A DNA stretch of 64,000 bases from Balanoglossus misakiensis (taxonomy: Eukaryota; Animalia; Hemichordata): NCBI GenBank assembly GCA_040954595.2, contig CM082585.2, forward strand, positions 10,094,564 to 10,158,563, read 5' to 3'. A program made the position numbers and the translations under genes. The notes beneath the pieces were generated by a model. It was given only the letters and a program-made list of their open reading frames with translations. It was not told the DNA's origin and did not search any database. Of the stretch, positions 12,704-24,448 are shown one piece after another. Each line of letters opens with the position of its first letter. The first letter of the stretch is position 1.

Positions 12704-15700
12704 TTACACTATCAGATCTTGTCGCGAGGTGCCCTCTTCCGACCGAGACGACGATCCATCGCCGTTTAAGGAATGGGCTGGGGAAACGTCATCAGTAGAT
12801 TCCCTTGACAGTGCCCTCGGTCGCCTTGGCTCCTCCGAATCGCTGCTGGAGTAGTACGTATCGCTGTCTCCCACTTCGGAGGACGAAGTGGAGTAGGAGG
12901 ACGACAGGTGGGCCTGTGCGCCCACCGACGTGCTGCCCATGGCACCAGAGCGTACAGCGGGCATTGTGGACATGGTGGCCACCAGCAGGGGTGTGTTCTC
13001 GCTGGGGTCACTGTCGTCATCATCGGATTCGTCTGAGGAATCCAGGTCATCGCCCGGGATGACTTTGCGCTTGCAGACGGGGCAAGTGCGTTTGTTGCCA
13101 GTCAGCCAGGGGTCCACACATTTGCAGTGGTAGGCTGAAAAGTACAGGAACCCGGAATTAACACAGACTGAAGGATGTGCTGCCAAAATGTTCTCAACAA
13201 CAGATTGAGAAACGTCATCTTTTAACTTCTCAAAATCACCTTGCTTCACTTTTGTCTGGAGAGTTCCTAAAATACAGATTTAACAGGGCTCCTATGCTAA
13301 AAGCCACTTATGTGGGGGGTCTCCACACATACATGGCAGTCTTCAGATTTATTGGGGTGGGGGTAGCAGTATTGTGTAACATAGAATCATATCAAGGTGG
13401 AATGATAACTCACCATGTGAGCAAGGCAGGATCCTCAGCTTATCCCCATCTTCATATTCATCAAGACAGATGGCACACACATCATATTCATCACCTACAA
13501 CACACAAATCAAAATGATATTAAAAATTCCGTATTTCTCAATATTTTCTCATTCCCTTTTCCTCTTTAGTGGATGAACATATTGAGCTTTGTCCATGTGA
13601 AGTCCTCTCTCATATATATCCCCCTTTGCCAAAAACCTCACCTTTCTTGAATTTCTGAGTCGGTAGTTTCTTGAGATGCTCTCTTGACAACCTTGATCTT
13701 CTCAGCCTTCTTCTGTCACGAATAAACTTGGCAATCTGGGCAATGTAGACAAATCAAGGGACCAATGAACACATGGATGTACAAACTTAAATCAATCAGG
13801 GCCAATCAAATCTCACCCACATATAATGTGGGTCAAAGGTCAATGAAATCTGCCAAGTGCAGAACACAGCCATACCCAGATGATATAAAACATAATAAAC
13901 TGATTGTGACAACAAAAACACAACTAAACCTCAATGCAGATATAAAAAGTATGTGCTGTACCAGGTACGTGAAGTAACAGACTGGGACAACAGAGGGCGA
14001 CTGGTACATTGTACTCACCATGAAAATCACCATGAGTATGAAACATATACCAACGATTATTGCAAAAGGCAGCAGGTAGTAATTGAGTGGAATTGTGAAA
14101 TCGGGCGTCAGTGTGACTGTAAACCTGAGAAGGAAATAGAAAGGATGAAAAATCATTAATTTAACCCTTTCACCCCTAGTTTCCTCTTTAGTGTACTATT
14201 ACAGGGAAGCATTGGCAGCAATGAAGTGATACCAGGATGTTTCGCACACACTTCTGAATTGTCGCATTGACCTTGTGATCAGTCAAGAACTCGAATTGCA
14301 AACTTCCTGTTCTGTTGACGCATCCTGACAAAACAATGCAACACACGTGGCCATGACTTTTGCTGTTGATGGTCATGGGTCGCTAAACACAACTTGATCC
14401 GGTTCTTTTGACGCTTTGTTGAGAGAGAAATTTGAAATATGAATGTTCCCTGGGAGTACATGTCTCACAGGGGTCTACGGGCAGCACACCGTACTCACCC
14501 TTTATCATAGGTATATCTTGCCCTGAGTTCAAGTCCTGTGGTCTCACCAACAAACACGGAGGGGATCTGAACTTGTTTACCAACTGCAATAAAACAAACA
14601 AAAAATTGCAATGTCATATTGCTAATGCAGCAGTCAATGATGTAAATAATAATCTTCATATGGTGAAAATATTTGTTCAATGCCGTTTTACACATACGGC
14701 AATGTCACTCTACTGGCTACCCTCAATTTCATTCTCTGTTAAAGATTATTACCCCATGAACATTTTTCATGACGTTTCATTTCCTCCAAAATTACCGATG
14801 GCTATATATCTCACTGCCAATGAATTAAATCACTTCGTTGTCGTTCCTTATGCAACCTGTGAAATGTAGCATACACTACAACGTAAACGCTGCCTCAGAA
14901 AACTCAAAATTTTCTATCTCAGCCTGAATTTATTTTTTACAAATTATCTCTGCCTGAAAATTTTCTTTCACTTCTGTATCTCCCTAATATAAAACCATCG
15001 TGCTGTCTCTTTCATCATGCAGATTAAAGTCGCTCTTTCTGAGAAAGTCTCATATATCACATATACATGTACTATTTTTAGTATTTGCAATAGTGGGCGA
15101 TCGCCATGGCAACACATCGTATTTGCATTATAGCCCGCAGGCAGAGAGTATCACTATCACTCGGTAGGGAAGTATATGCGTCATAAGTACACATTTCAAA
15201 AGTGAAAAATCCCTTTCAAGCTATATACTCAAAAACACTACAGCTAACTTCAGTTCCTCTTCATTTATTTTTAACAGAAATTCTTCTTAAAGCTTCAGAG
15301 TCATATTTTTTGCCACTTTCCTGAAATGTCACTCATTTTAAAATCTGCTCTCAGATAAGACTCTGTGAAAGAGCTGCACATTATAATACAATGCTTCTCT
15401 TTAGTTCCACAAAATGCAACATTCAAGAAATATGATGCTCAATAATGAAAGGAAAAGTCAGCCCTCTTGATTATACTGATGAGGTATTTGTTGTCGTTTC
15501 TAAGGACTGTGAGAAAATCACATCTTTCAGACTCAGAGATGACCTTCGTGGTAAAGAAGATTTAGGTCGTACATCCTGATACACTGCTGTGAGAATTTCA
15601 AGAAGAAAAAACACACTCAATTTTTTATTTTGCACATATCTCTTTTATAAGCGTGTGTGATACTTACATTTGTTGGGATTCATAGGAAATATATTATTTG

Positions 15701-17034
15701 AGTTGATGTTGTGTACAATGGCTGCTTTGTAGTTCCCTCTCTGAGCATTTAGTACCTGAGGGGAGGGAAGCAGAAATTGACGTCAATCAAGAACTCAGTA
15801 ACTTCGTTTGATACCTTCCAAATCAATCATGAGAAATTCAAAAGAAATTCATCCAAACACACATACAGGAATACAGTTTTCTATCAGACTACAATCTCCA
15901 AGTGCCCTGGTTTTGTGACCTTATGAGACTGATCTGATTGTTATGCACACCAGTTGAGAATGAAAATTTGTATTTGCAGATCAAGATTAGAAATCAAATG
16001 TGGAGATTATGAAATCAAAGCACATCACGCACATGCAACAAACACATTACTGAGGCTAACATTGTAAGAATCATGAAGTCAACCTGTACATTTCCCTCTT
16101 TAGATCGGTTTCATTTCATGTATGAATCTCTGTCTGTCCATCTCTCCATCCATCCATCTATCTACTGTACGTCTACACTTACCTTCAAATCAAAATCACA
16201 GCCTGATCTACTCATGATTACAAAATATGGCAATGTTGAATTTTTGGTGGGTGCTGGTTTGATGTCTTCACAGCCAGTGATGGGCTCAGCCTCCACCAAC
16301 AGTCCCTGCAACGTAAAAAGATCAACAAACTTCTCTGAGAATAGGGCCATGCATTTCACAGCAGATCAGGTCAAGTTACTTGAAGATCCTGGTTTTCCAT
16401 CATGTACAGACAAACCATGGATATTAGGAGAAAAAAACTGCTTACCGTAATTCCTCCTGGTGGCAAGGCATAGCCAAAATTTGATGGCATATCATCATAT
16501 CTTTTTGTTTTATTTTCATTTGATGTCTGAAAAAGGGCAAAATTACACGTACATTCAAAAATATTTCAATGTTTTTATAAAGAGTAAATTCAGTGAGTGA
16601 AGCGACATTATCAACTTGTCAACTAAGATCATCAAATTCAATTTAACTAGTCACGAGATAGCATGTCTTATTATCAGGTGATTCATGTACATCACGTAAG
16701 AAGTGTACAGATGTAATCGCCACTTTTTTATGTAAGTCTGAAGTGATTTTTCCAACGTCAGTTTCTTTCCCTCAAGTGGGTGATAAGAACATGCATACAT
16801 CACGTTTCTTGAAGTCTGATTGGCTACTTTTTACATATTTTTTTTCCTCCCCAGGTACATAATACCTGCTGAAAATTTCACATGTGAATAGCTCATTATA
16901 GACCACAGTTGAGTACTTACCACAATGACATCAGCATCTACACAGGTTACATGGAACAAAGCTAACAGGTTCACCACAGTAAAGATATAGAGAGTAGTGA
17001 CCGACGATGGTATCCTTGTAGTGTAAGGTGGCAT
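12704..17034 (-). CDS. RNF13: PA-TM-RING E3 ubiquitin ligase RNF13/RNF167 family, 9 coding exons
   Basis: Exons (minus) 17034-16921, 16526-16446, 16305-16183, 15755-15668, 14583-14499, 14124-14019, 13735-13642, 13494-13414, 13134-12704. Signal peptide, PA domain ([27 protein letters not shown]), TM ([21 protein letters not shown]), RING-H2 ([37 protein letters not shown]), Ser-rich tail. Non-coding first exon near 18370-18500; AATAAA on minus at 11078-11073. Confidence 0.93.
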
Positions 17035-17290
17035 TTTGGGCCTGTTCTGAAATATATGAAAATTGAGTGTCATAATTAACCTTATGTTATTAATTCATAA
17101 TTAATGATATGCATAAAACTATGAAAATGAGTAATGTGACCTTATCAGTATCACCATCATAATTCTGATAAATAGCCATCAAAAGTACCCTGTTATATAT
17201 ATATATATATACCACCCGTAGCAATAGATCATGCATTTCATAAGCTGGTAAGTTCTTGGGGTGACAGTTTTATAACGGGTCATGAAATTA

Positions 17291-17596
17291 TTTTATAACA
17301 CACCATGCAGCGAACCCTCGATCGTGATTCGTCAATACGACGTCACGTGACCTTAGTCATTTCGAACTGTTGCCTTGGGCATCAGTTCGATCGGTTTGGT
17401 GTGTTATAAAACACATGATGGCTGACATATTCGGGCAACAGTGTATTTTTAATGACCTCGGGACTGCCAGTCACACCAAAACAGTCTGTTTTCCCTCGGG
17501 CTATGCCCTCGGGAAAACAAGACTGTTTTAGTTGTGACTAGCAGCACCCTCGGTCATCAAAATACACTGTTGCCCTCATTGTCAGTCATCATGTGT
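17291..17596. mobile_element. Palindromic non-autonomous element made of two adjacent hairpins
   Basis: TTTTATAACACACCA (17291-17305) pairs with TGGTGTGTTATAAAA (17397-17411); a second ~90-bp-arm imperfect palindrome 17411-17596 is centred on CCCTCGGGC-TAT-GCCCTCGGG. Confidence 0.75.
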
Positions 17597-18548
17597 ATAC
17601 TGGCTAATGTGTGGTGACCTACTTTTAAAATTACATGTAGGTCCATAAAACTTATCAACAGCTGAGTATACACATGATATATAACACTGCTTGTGGGGCA
17701 GGCACTCATAACCTAAACATGTTCTAGTTAGAAAAATTGTACAATTTGTGGATGGGTGGAGTCTCTGATATGGTGACATTCACTTTCACACAGTGGGACC
17801 CACGCATGAAAAGCCCACATATAATGCCATGTTCACAGTTCCTGGTTACAATGAGCGAATGACGTCATGCACGTGCATGTCTTGTGAGTGAGTGTGTCCA
17901 TGTCGAAGTGTCTATTGTACATGTACGTAGAGTGGATGTGTACATATGGTACAATATTTTTAGAACAGTTTCTGTGATACCGCTGTGATACATGGTCAGG
18001 GAATATTATGACTAAATTTTCGAACGGGAAGGCACGTTCTGGTGTGTTGTTTTTGGCCAAACGAGAGTCGCCATCCACAAGGGGCAGTTTGTGTCAACAC
18101 AAGAAATGGGACACTGCACAGAAGTCTGTTTACATAAAGTATGGCAGTCACCAGAATGACATTAACCGAGTAGCAGAACGTGACCGCTCGAGAAAAGCTC
18201 TCACTTCCCCTCCCCCAACGACATACAATCAGCCCCGCCCCAACTATCCCCACAAAAGCAGAACGGATCCGCCTTAGCTAGAGATTGTTATCACAATCGC
18301 AATTGTAAACAAATTTGTGGCATTCAACATCGCGACAATGTACCGCGAATATCACACAAGCTTTCACACCTTTCCAAATCGTGTTCACGCGACACGTCAT
18401 AAGCGAAAGTATATTTCCCTCACCTTCTTTACAGCTACATGAACGCTATCTCCCGACAAACATGTCCATGAGCAACAAATAGTCAAAATTGTTTTCGTTG
18501 GTGAGAACGACGATGCACTTGGTCGATAATGGCGATGGTTTCCTGATG

Positions 18549-18587
18549 TCTCGTGAAAGGCATTGATCTCGCGGCAGTCTCGCGAGA
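18549..18587 (-). promoter_or_regulatory. RNF13 promoter with perfect TCTCGCGAGA (CGCG/BANP-type) palindrome and two degenerate copies
   Basis: TCTCGCGAGA at 18578-18587, TCTCGCGG at ~18567, TCTCGTGA at ~18549, in a CpG-rich patch just upstream of minus-strand donor-like sites at ~18369/18423. Confidence 0.6.
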
Positions 18588-18821
18588 ACACTTATGCCTG
18601 ATTGTCTATCCAGATAGAGGCACTCCATAAAGTAAAATGAAAAAAAAAAAAACTATAGAGGGGATGATGATGGTGTATATGTTGAATTTAATGCCAAATT
18701 ACAGTTGGGTTGCACACATTATTTAAATCTTAAAGAGGGAAAAAACATTCAAATGATGCAATAGTAAAAATTGTTGAAATAATTTTGTGTCCATGTTTGT
18801 CAGTGACTTGAATTAACATTT

Positions 18822-21755
18822 TTATCGCTTTTTTAACTTTGTAAACAAGACACCAGTCTCTTTGCCAAGAGGGTGCCCTTCGTATGGATTTCTCTTTCTA
18901 TGGAAACTGAAAAAGCAGTCCAAATGCTCCCAATTCCTATGATCTAGCGGTATGCCAAGCCGTGTTAAAAGTTTGTCGGACAACGATGGCGTCACAGGTT
19001 GAAGAAGTACCCCGCAGACCCTGAGTGTCTCCATGGCAACATGAAGGACTGTGTTCAGCCATCTTGAATTTTCCGGTTGGTTTTTCAGATTCCACGGTTG
19101 ATGGTATTGCACGAATTCATTGGCTTTCCGCAGACACTCCATTATGGCACCAATGGCTTTGTACACTTCAAAGTTGACAAAGTGGCTGTGGACGACATCT
19201 GCGACGACAGAGAAATGACAAAGATTAGACTGTCGAGTCATAAATTTTTGTTAAGTCAGGTTATCCCTGAAACTGAATCTATGAATGAGTGAAATGCCAT
19301 TAGAGAGTTGAAAGAAGCTAAAAAAATATCAATTTCTTATTCATACACTTGATCTCCACCAGAAACCAACCCTGGAAATTAAGTACTCACCCGGTAGCTC
19401 CTGCACACTAGATATTAACTCATAATCTTCCTTCCGTGCGGGACCGTTCTCATTCCAAACTGGTGGAAAGAGCCTCTCATCAAATGGAGGAAAAATCTGC
19501 CGTGGGTTCAGGGAGTTGCCAGTACATCTCGATAACAAATTTCCAAAGGTGTCCACTAATTCTGCATTCAGGTATCTCACGACTTTCTCATCATTGTAAT
19601 CTGAACAATAAAACTGCTTGGTCAATTCTAAAATCCCAAATAAACATGTGAACTAATTATGGCATTTCTTGAAATGCTGCCAAGTAATGAGGACAAACTT
19701 ATAAACTTGGAAATGAATGTGTTTGCCACTAGAACACAGTGAACAACCTTTTCAAAAACTTACCGCCATCTGAATGAGGCACCCCTTCTCGAATCAGGAA
19801 GTATCTCAGTCCGTCACTTGTGTAAGCTTTGATTTTCTCAAAAGGATCCACGACATTGCCTTTGCTCTTTGACATCTGAAAAGGTAGAGAAGAGAACAGT
19901 GAAATTTCTACCACAATCCTACTACTGCTTGAAATCACCAAGGGCAAGGTGCGGGTGTCTGGGTTCTTAAACAGCGTCATCTACAGTCATTATGTCATAT
20001 CCATTCAAGTACTAAAAGCTGTCTGTATATCAACAATAAAGATGTGTTACTTTGGTAACAGGTTCAAACAAACAACCATGACACAAAACACTGAATCTCA
20101 GGTAACTTTCGCTAAATAAATTGGTCTTCTGAAACTTTCTTGAATTTGAATGGAATTGAAATACCAGACCTTTTGTCCATTGACAGTCCAATGTGAGTGA
20201 CACAGTACTGATCTTGGTGGTGGCAAATCAGCAGCTATCAGAAATGCTGGCCAGTATATGGCATGAAATCTACATTGGAAGAAAACAAAATAAATAATGG
20301 AATGTCATGATAAACTTTGAATCTTGTTACAGTACCGTGATTAACCTCATTATAGGGAAAGAGTCAAATAATTCTAAAACAATTTCTTGTCTTACTTCAG
20401 AATATCCTTGCCTACAAGGTTGATGGCTGGCCATAGATGGGTGTTGTCAGGGTAACCACAGACAGTCAGATAGTTGACCAGTGCATCTAACCATACATAG
20501 ATCTATGAATGAACAAATGGATGGATGGATGAATGAATGGATTAAACAAAACAATATCTCAGTAACAGTTTTGGGAAGATGTGTGCCTCTAAGAACATTC
20601 ATCAACACATGTGCCTTTGAATAATGAAGGACTTACTGTCTGAGTGTTATCGCCTGGTACCGGAATCCCCCATTCCAGTCGATCCCGTTGCCTGGATACA
20701 GATAAATCTGGCAAGCCGTCCTTAAGCCACTGCTGAACAACACTTACAAACTTTGCCGGTTTAATGACTGAAAATGGAAAAAAAGGATATGTATATTTGA
20801 CATTTGCTGATGGAGAATGTAAAGAGAGAGTGGTGGCGATGATGATGATGACAACAATGATATATGTTAATTGTCCTTACCATGTGGGTTGTCCTCAAGC
20901 CATGATTGTAACCTTGGTCCAAAGTCACTCATTTTGAACATGTAATTCTTCTCTTGAGTCCATTCCACTGGGTTCCCTGTTTCAGCTGATACCTGCGAAT
21001 GTTGATGAATAGAAACGGATCAATCTTAAGGGGACAGTGGAGATTCTTGCAGCAAAATTTGCAAAGCCAAATGTAACACTATCATGGCTCCAACTCACCT
21101 TGATCACACATCCATCTTTGTCTTGTACGTCTTTGACTTGAGAATCTGTCAAAAATGCCTCATCAGAGACAGCATACCAACCTTCATATGTTCCCTCATA
21201 AATATAATCATTGGAAATTAGTTTATTCTGAAAGAACAATATAGTTAATTAAGTATTTAGTATCATGAACTTATGCAGAATTTCACTTGCTTGCTTTGCA
21301 TAAAATCCTCAGATCAATGTTATTATACATAGTACAGTAGACATTAATACTTACCCAGAAATAGTTAACAGCTCTGTAGTGCCTTTGCTCTGTTGTACGA
21401 ATGAAGTCTGTATATTGGATGTTGCATTCATTGAACAACTCCTGTAGATGCAAAATACAAACAGAAGCTATAAAGCCTTTCTCACTCTCCTAAGTGTAGT
21501 ACTGAGAACACTTCAATGCAAACTGAGAAATGGACCAAAATTACCTTGAACTTGTCAGCCACTTCATCACAGTACAACTTCGTCGGTGTGTTGTGCCTTG
21601 CAGCGGCTTGCTGTACTTTCAGTCCATGTTCATCAGTACCAGTGGAGAAGATTGTGTCATTGTATCCAATGATTGTATTCCAGCGATGCAGTACATCCGC
21701 CAATGTTGCTGAATACAGATGTCCAATGTGAGGAACTGTCAAAGAAGTGGGATAA

Positions 21756-21840
<85 letters not shown>

Positions 21841-21848
21841 CCACCACC

Positions 21849-21882
<34 letters not shown>

Positions 21883-22104
21883 TCATCATTTACCTGCATT
21901 GACGTAAAATATCGGTGTTGTAATAAATGGTGATCCCCCTATCTCTGGTCTCTTCTTTCTGCAATTTATGTTCCCGGAAGCAAACAACCTAGTCGATTCA
22001 TGCCTGCAGCCGGCTGCACTGATATGTCTTTTGATCGGTGCAGATTTCAAAGAGGAGCTAAATATTTGTTGAAACTTCACTCTACAACCTCGTGCTGTCT
22101 GCAT
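18822..22104 (-). CDS. MARS2: Mitochondrial methionyl-tRNA synthetase, 11 exons
   Basis: Exons (minus) 22104-21894, 21735-21545, 21441-21355, 21227-21099, 20992-20881, 20767-20637, 20502-20396, 20269-20170, 19875-19764, 19600-19391, 19198-18822. Basic presequence, [71 protein letters not shown], anticodon-domain [10 protein letters not shown]. Confidence 0.95.
21758..21889. repeat. Compound (CAT)n-(CAC)n-(CAT)n trinucleotide microsatellite filling MARS2 intron 1
   Basis: Direct reading; the intron is 21736-21893. Confidence 0.97.
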
Positions 22105-22623
22105 GGTGCATTTTCACTGCCAGTACTTTCCCGGCTTGCTTGACAACGATCGTGATCGGTGACCCCGGCTTGTTTTCAGTTTCACACGTGCGTTTATGTG
22201 TGTGAGGTCACAGGTCAAAGGAGCGCCCTCTTGAGTTCAATCGCGCACCCGATGAGAAAAGATCGAGAGTATGGGTGGGTGGTCTGGCGGCTGATATAAA
22301 TGATGGAAATGAGCAGATTTGTCATTTCATCGTCATAATATAGCGATGGGTGGTTCTGCACCTTTGTAAATAACTTAAACAGGTGACGAAATAAAGAAAA
22401 AGTGTGAGATAATTCGCTAAGAGTAGTAATTATTAAACTTTCGATGCCGATTCAGTGAGGTTGGCCCATCCCCGGACCACCCACCTGGATCCACGAGTGA
22501 GATGACGAGGATTTCCGCTCAAAAGGAGAAATGTACACAATGGTTGGCACGGCCCGGCGCCGATTTTCACCAAAATGAAGCCCAAAAACGGCGAAACTGG
22601 TAATCTCACGTCATGTTAGGCCG
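22105..22623. promoter_or_regulatory. Putative bidirectional promoter MARS2 / GPR161, including a non-coding GPR161 exon 1
   Basis: CpG-rich; perfect DR1 AGGTCA-C-AGGTCA at 22205-22217; plus-strand donor CCG|GTAAGT at 22623/22624; matching acceptor TTTGTATTCAG at ~24173 upstream of the GPR161 ATG. Confidence 0.5.
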
Positions 22624-22827
22624 GTAAGTGTGTCTATTAAGTATTTTCTATTGTTCTATTGTGTAAACTTTACGATCAAAGGTGTTAATTGGCCGAAATT
22701 ATCGCCGGCGTTACTGGCTTTGTGAGTTTACTTATGCAGTCTTGCAAGTTGCAGCTGAAAATTGTAAACACTTACGTAATAAACTATCTAGCCTGTAACC
22801 CGAGTTGTCCTTATCTGTCTATCTGTC

Positions 22828-22967
22828 TACATACATACATACATACATACATACATACATACATACATACATACATACATACATACATACATACATACAT
22901 ACATACATACATACATACATACATACATACATACATACATACATACATACATACATACATACATACA
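22828..22967. repeat. (ACAT)n tetranucleotide microsatellite
   Basis: About 35 perfect units. Confidence 0.97.
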
Positions 22968-24448
22968 AATAATTGAAGTTGCTTATATTTTTTTTACGTT
23001 TTTGGCATTTTTCTGTTGTAACTTACATTAAATTCACAGAGAATGGGTCAATTTTTCAAAATGAATCATCTTTGTCTGCAAATTCTTAGATGCAGCAGAA
23101 AATATAATCATGTAAATTGCTTACACGACCTTGTAGAGGAATTTAAAATGTCGTTATTCTGTGAAACCGCATCACAGACTCTGTAGAGTTCAAATAGTCG
23201 ATGAATCAGAGCTGAACAAAGAAATTGTGATTAACGCACGTCGCACGATTCTCGCGGTGAATAGCTAAAAGGGGTATACTGACTCCCATAGATTTTAGCC
23301 TCAGACAACTGAAGCTCGACAGAGACATGAAAGGGGCTGGCCAGCAAGATAATAGATCAAGGAAAATCAGTGAATTTTCCACTAGACATGGCAAGGATAG
23401 TCACTCCAAGAAGAGATTGATGAACTTCTGGTGTATTGTTAGTTAGTATTGTTGTCAGATATAGCTGGCATTTATTGTGACAATAGGAACAGCCAGCTGT
23501 TTTGTTGGGGGTGTTCTGTATACCCACTATGCACACTGTAAATCATAAACCCCCTTCACTGCTGTTCATTGGTTTAAACCTTATTTTATTCACTGGTGTG
23601 GTTGGATCCATGAATGGGAAATAGGGGTGGGGAAGCTTTCAGGAAAAAAATTGGTAGGATGAAAGTGCACTCAAACAGGATTAAAAGTCCAACTGACACA
23701 ATCTGGCTTATTTATAGTTACAATGAAATATTGATCGTTTAATTTTCATTTTACCAAGCTAATCAATACAAGGCACCACATTTAGAACATGTCGATGTTT
23801 ATTATCATTATGAAATTGAAGGTCGGGACCAAGTTTATTTCATCAGAAATAAAATAACCATAAAAAAGTGCTAATATCATGGTTAAAGTTGGAAGAATAG
23901 CAGCCAATATGAGACCCTATGAAATTCAAAATTAGTTTTCATAGGTAATGAATAAAGTGTGTCCTGATCTTTCCTTTTCTCCCTATTTATCTAGTGGAAT
24001 GGTCCGTGATACAATACCCGTAGGTTGGATGAGACTCATTTGTCTCTTACATGTAGGGAGGAAAGGTAGTCGCATGTTCGTTAATAATTGCATTAAACAA
24101 CAGTAATTCATTATTTATAGAGTTGTCTGAGTTTGGATTAACCGTGTGCTATTTTTGTCCTCTTTGTATTCAGAATCAACAATGGGATTGTGTAATCAGG
24201 GGTGGAGTGTGGCAGTGGTTGGCAGAGCAGGAATTAGACCAATCTTCTAGTGATCATCCTGCAGTGTTTATACCACAGCTCGAAGAAATGCAATGATTAA
24301 CGTTGGTATGAAAAATAAGGATGGCAAGAAAGAGAGTGTTAAATCCAGTGAATAAGTATGGTGTGAAGTTTGATGTTGGACTGACTGGACTAGTGGATCT
24401 GGATTACAGTGCCTGATCTGTGAGCCCAGCTAATGGTGATTTAGGAAA

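Noticed and set aside
15477-15530. CTGATGAG...GAAA hammerhead-like core
   Set aside because: No stem II pairing between the motifs and no flanking stems I/III.
19027-19040. Perfect X-box GTCTCCATGGCAAC
   Set aside because: Lies in MARS2 coding sequence (VAMET codons); explained by coding constraint.
21482-21933. Poly-His, poly-Met/Val, poly-Asp and poly-Ser ORFs
   Set aside because: Six-frame translations of the intronic (CAT)n/(CAC)n repeat; MARS2 splices around it.
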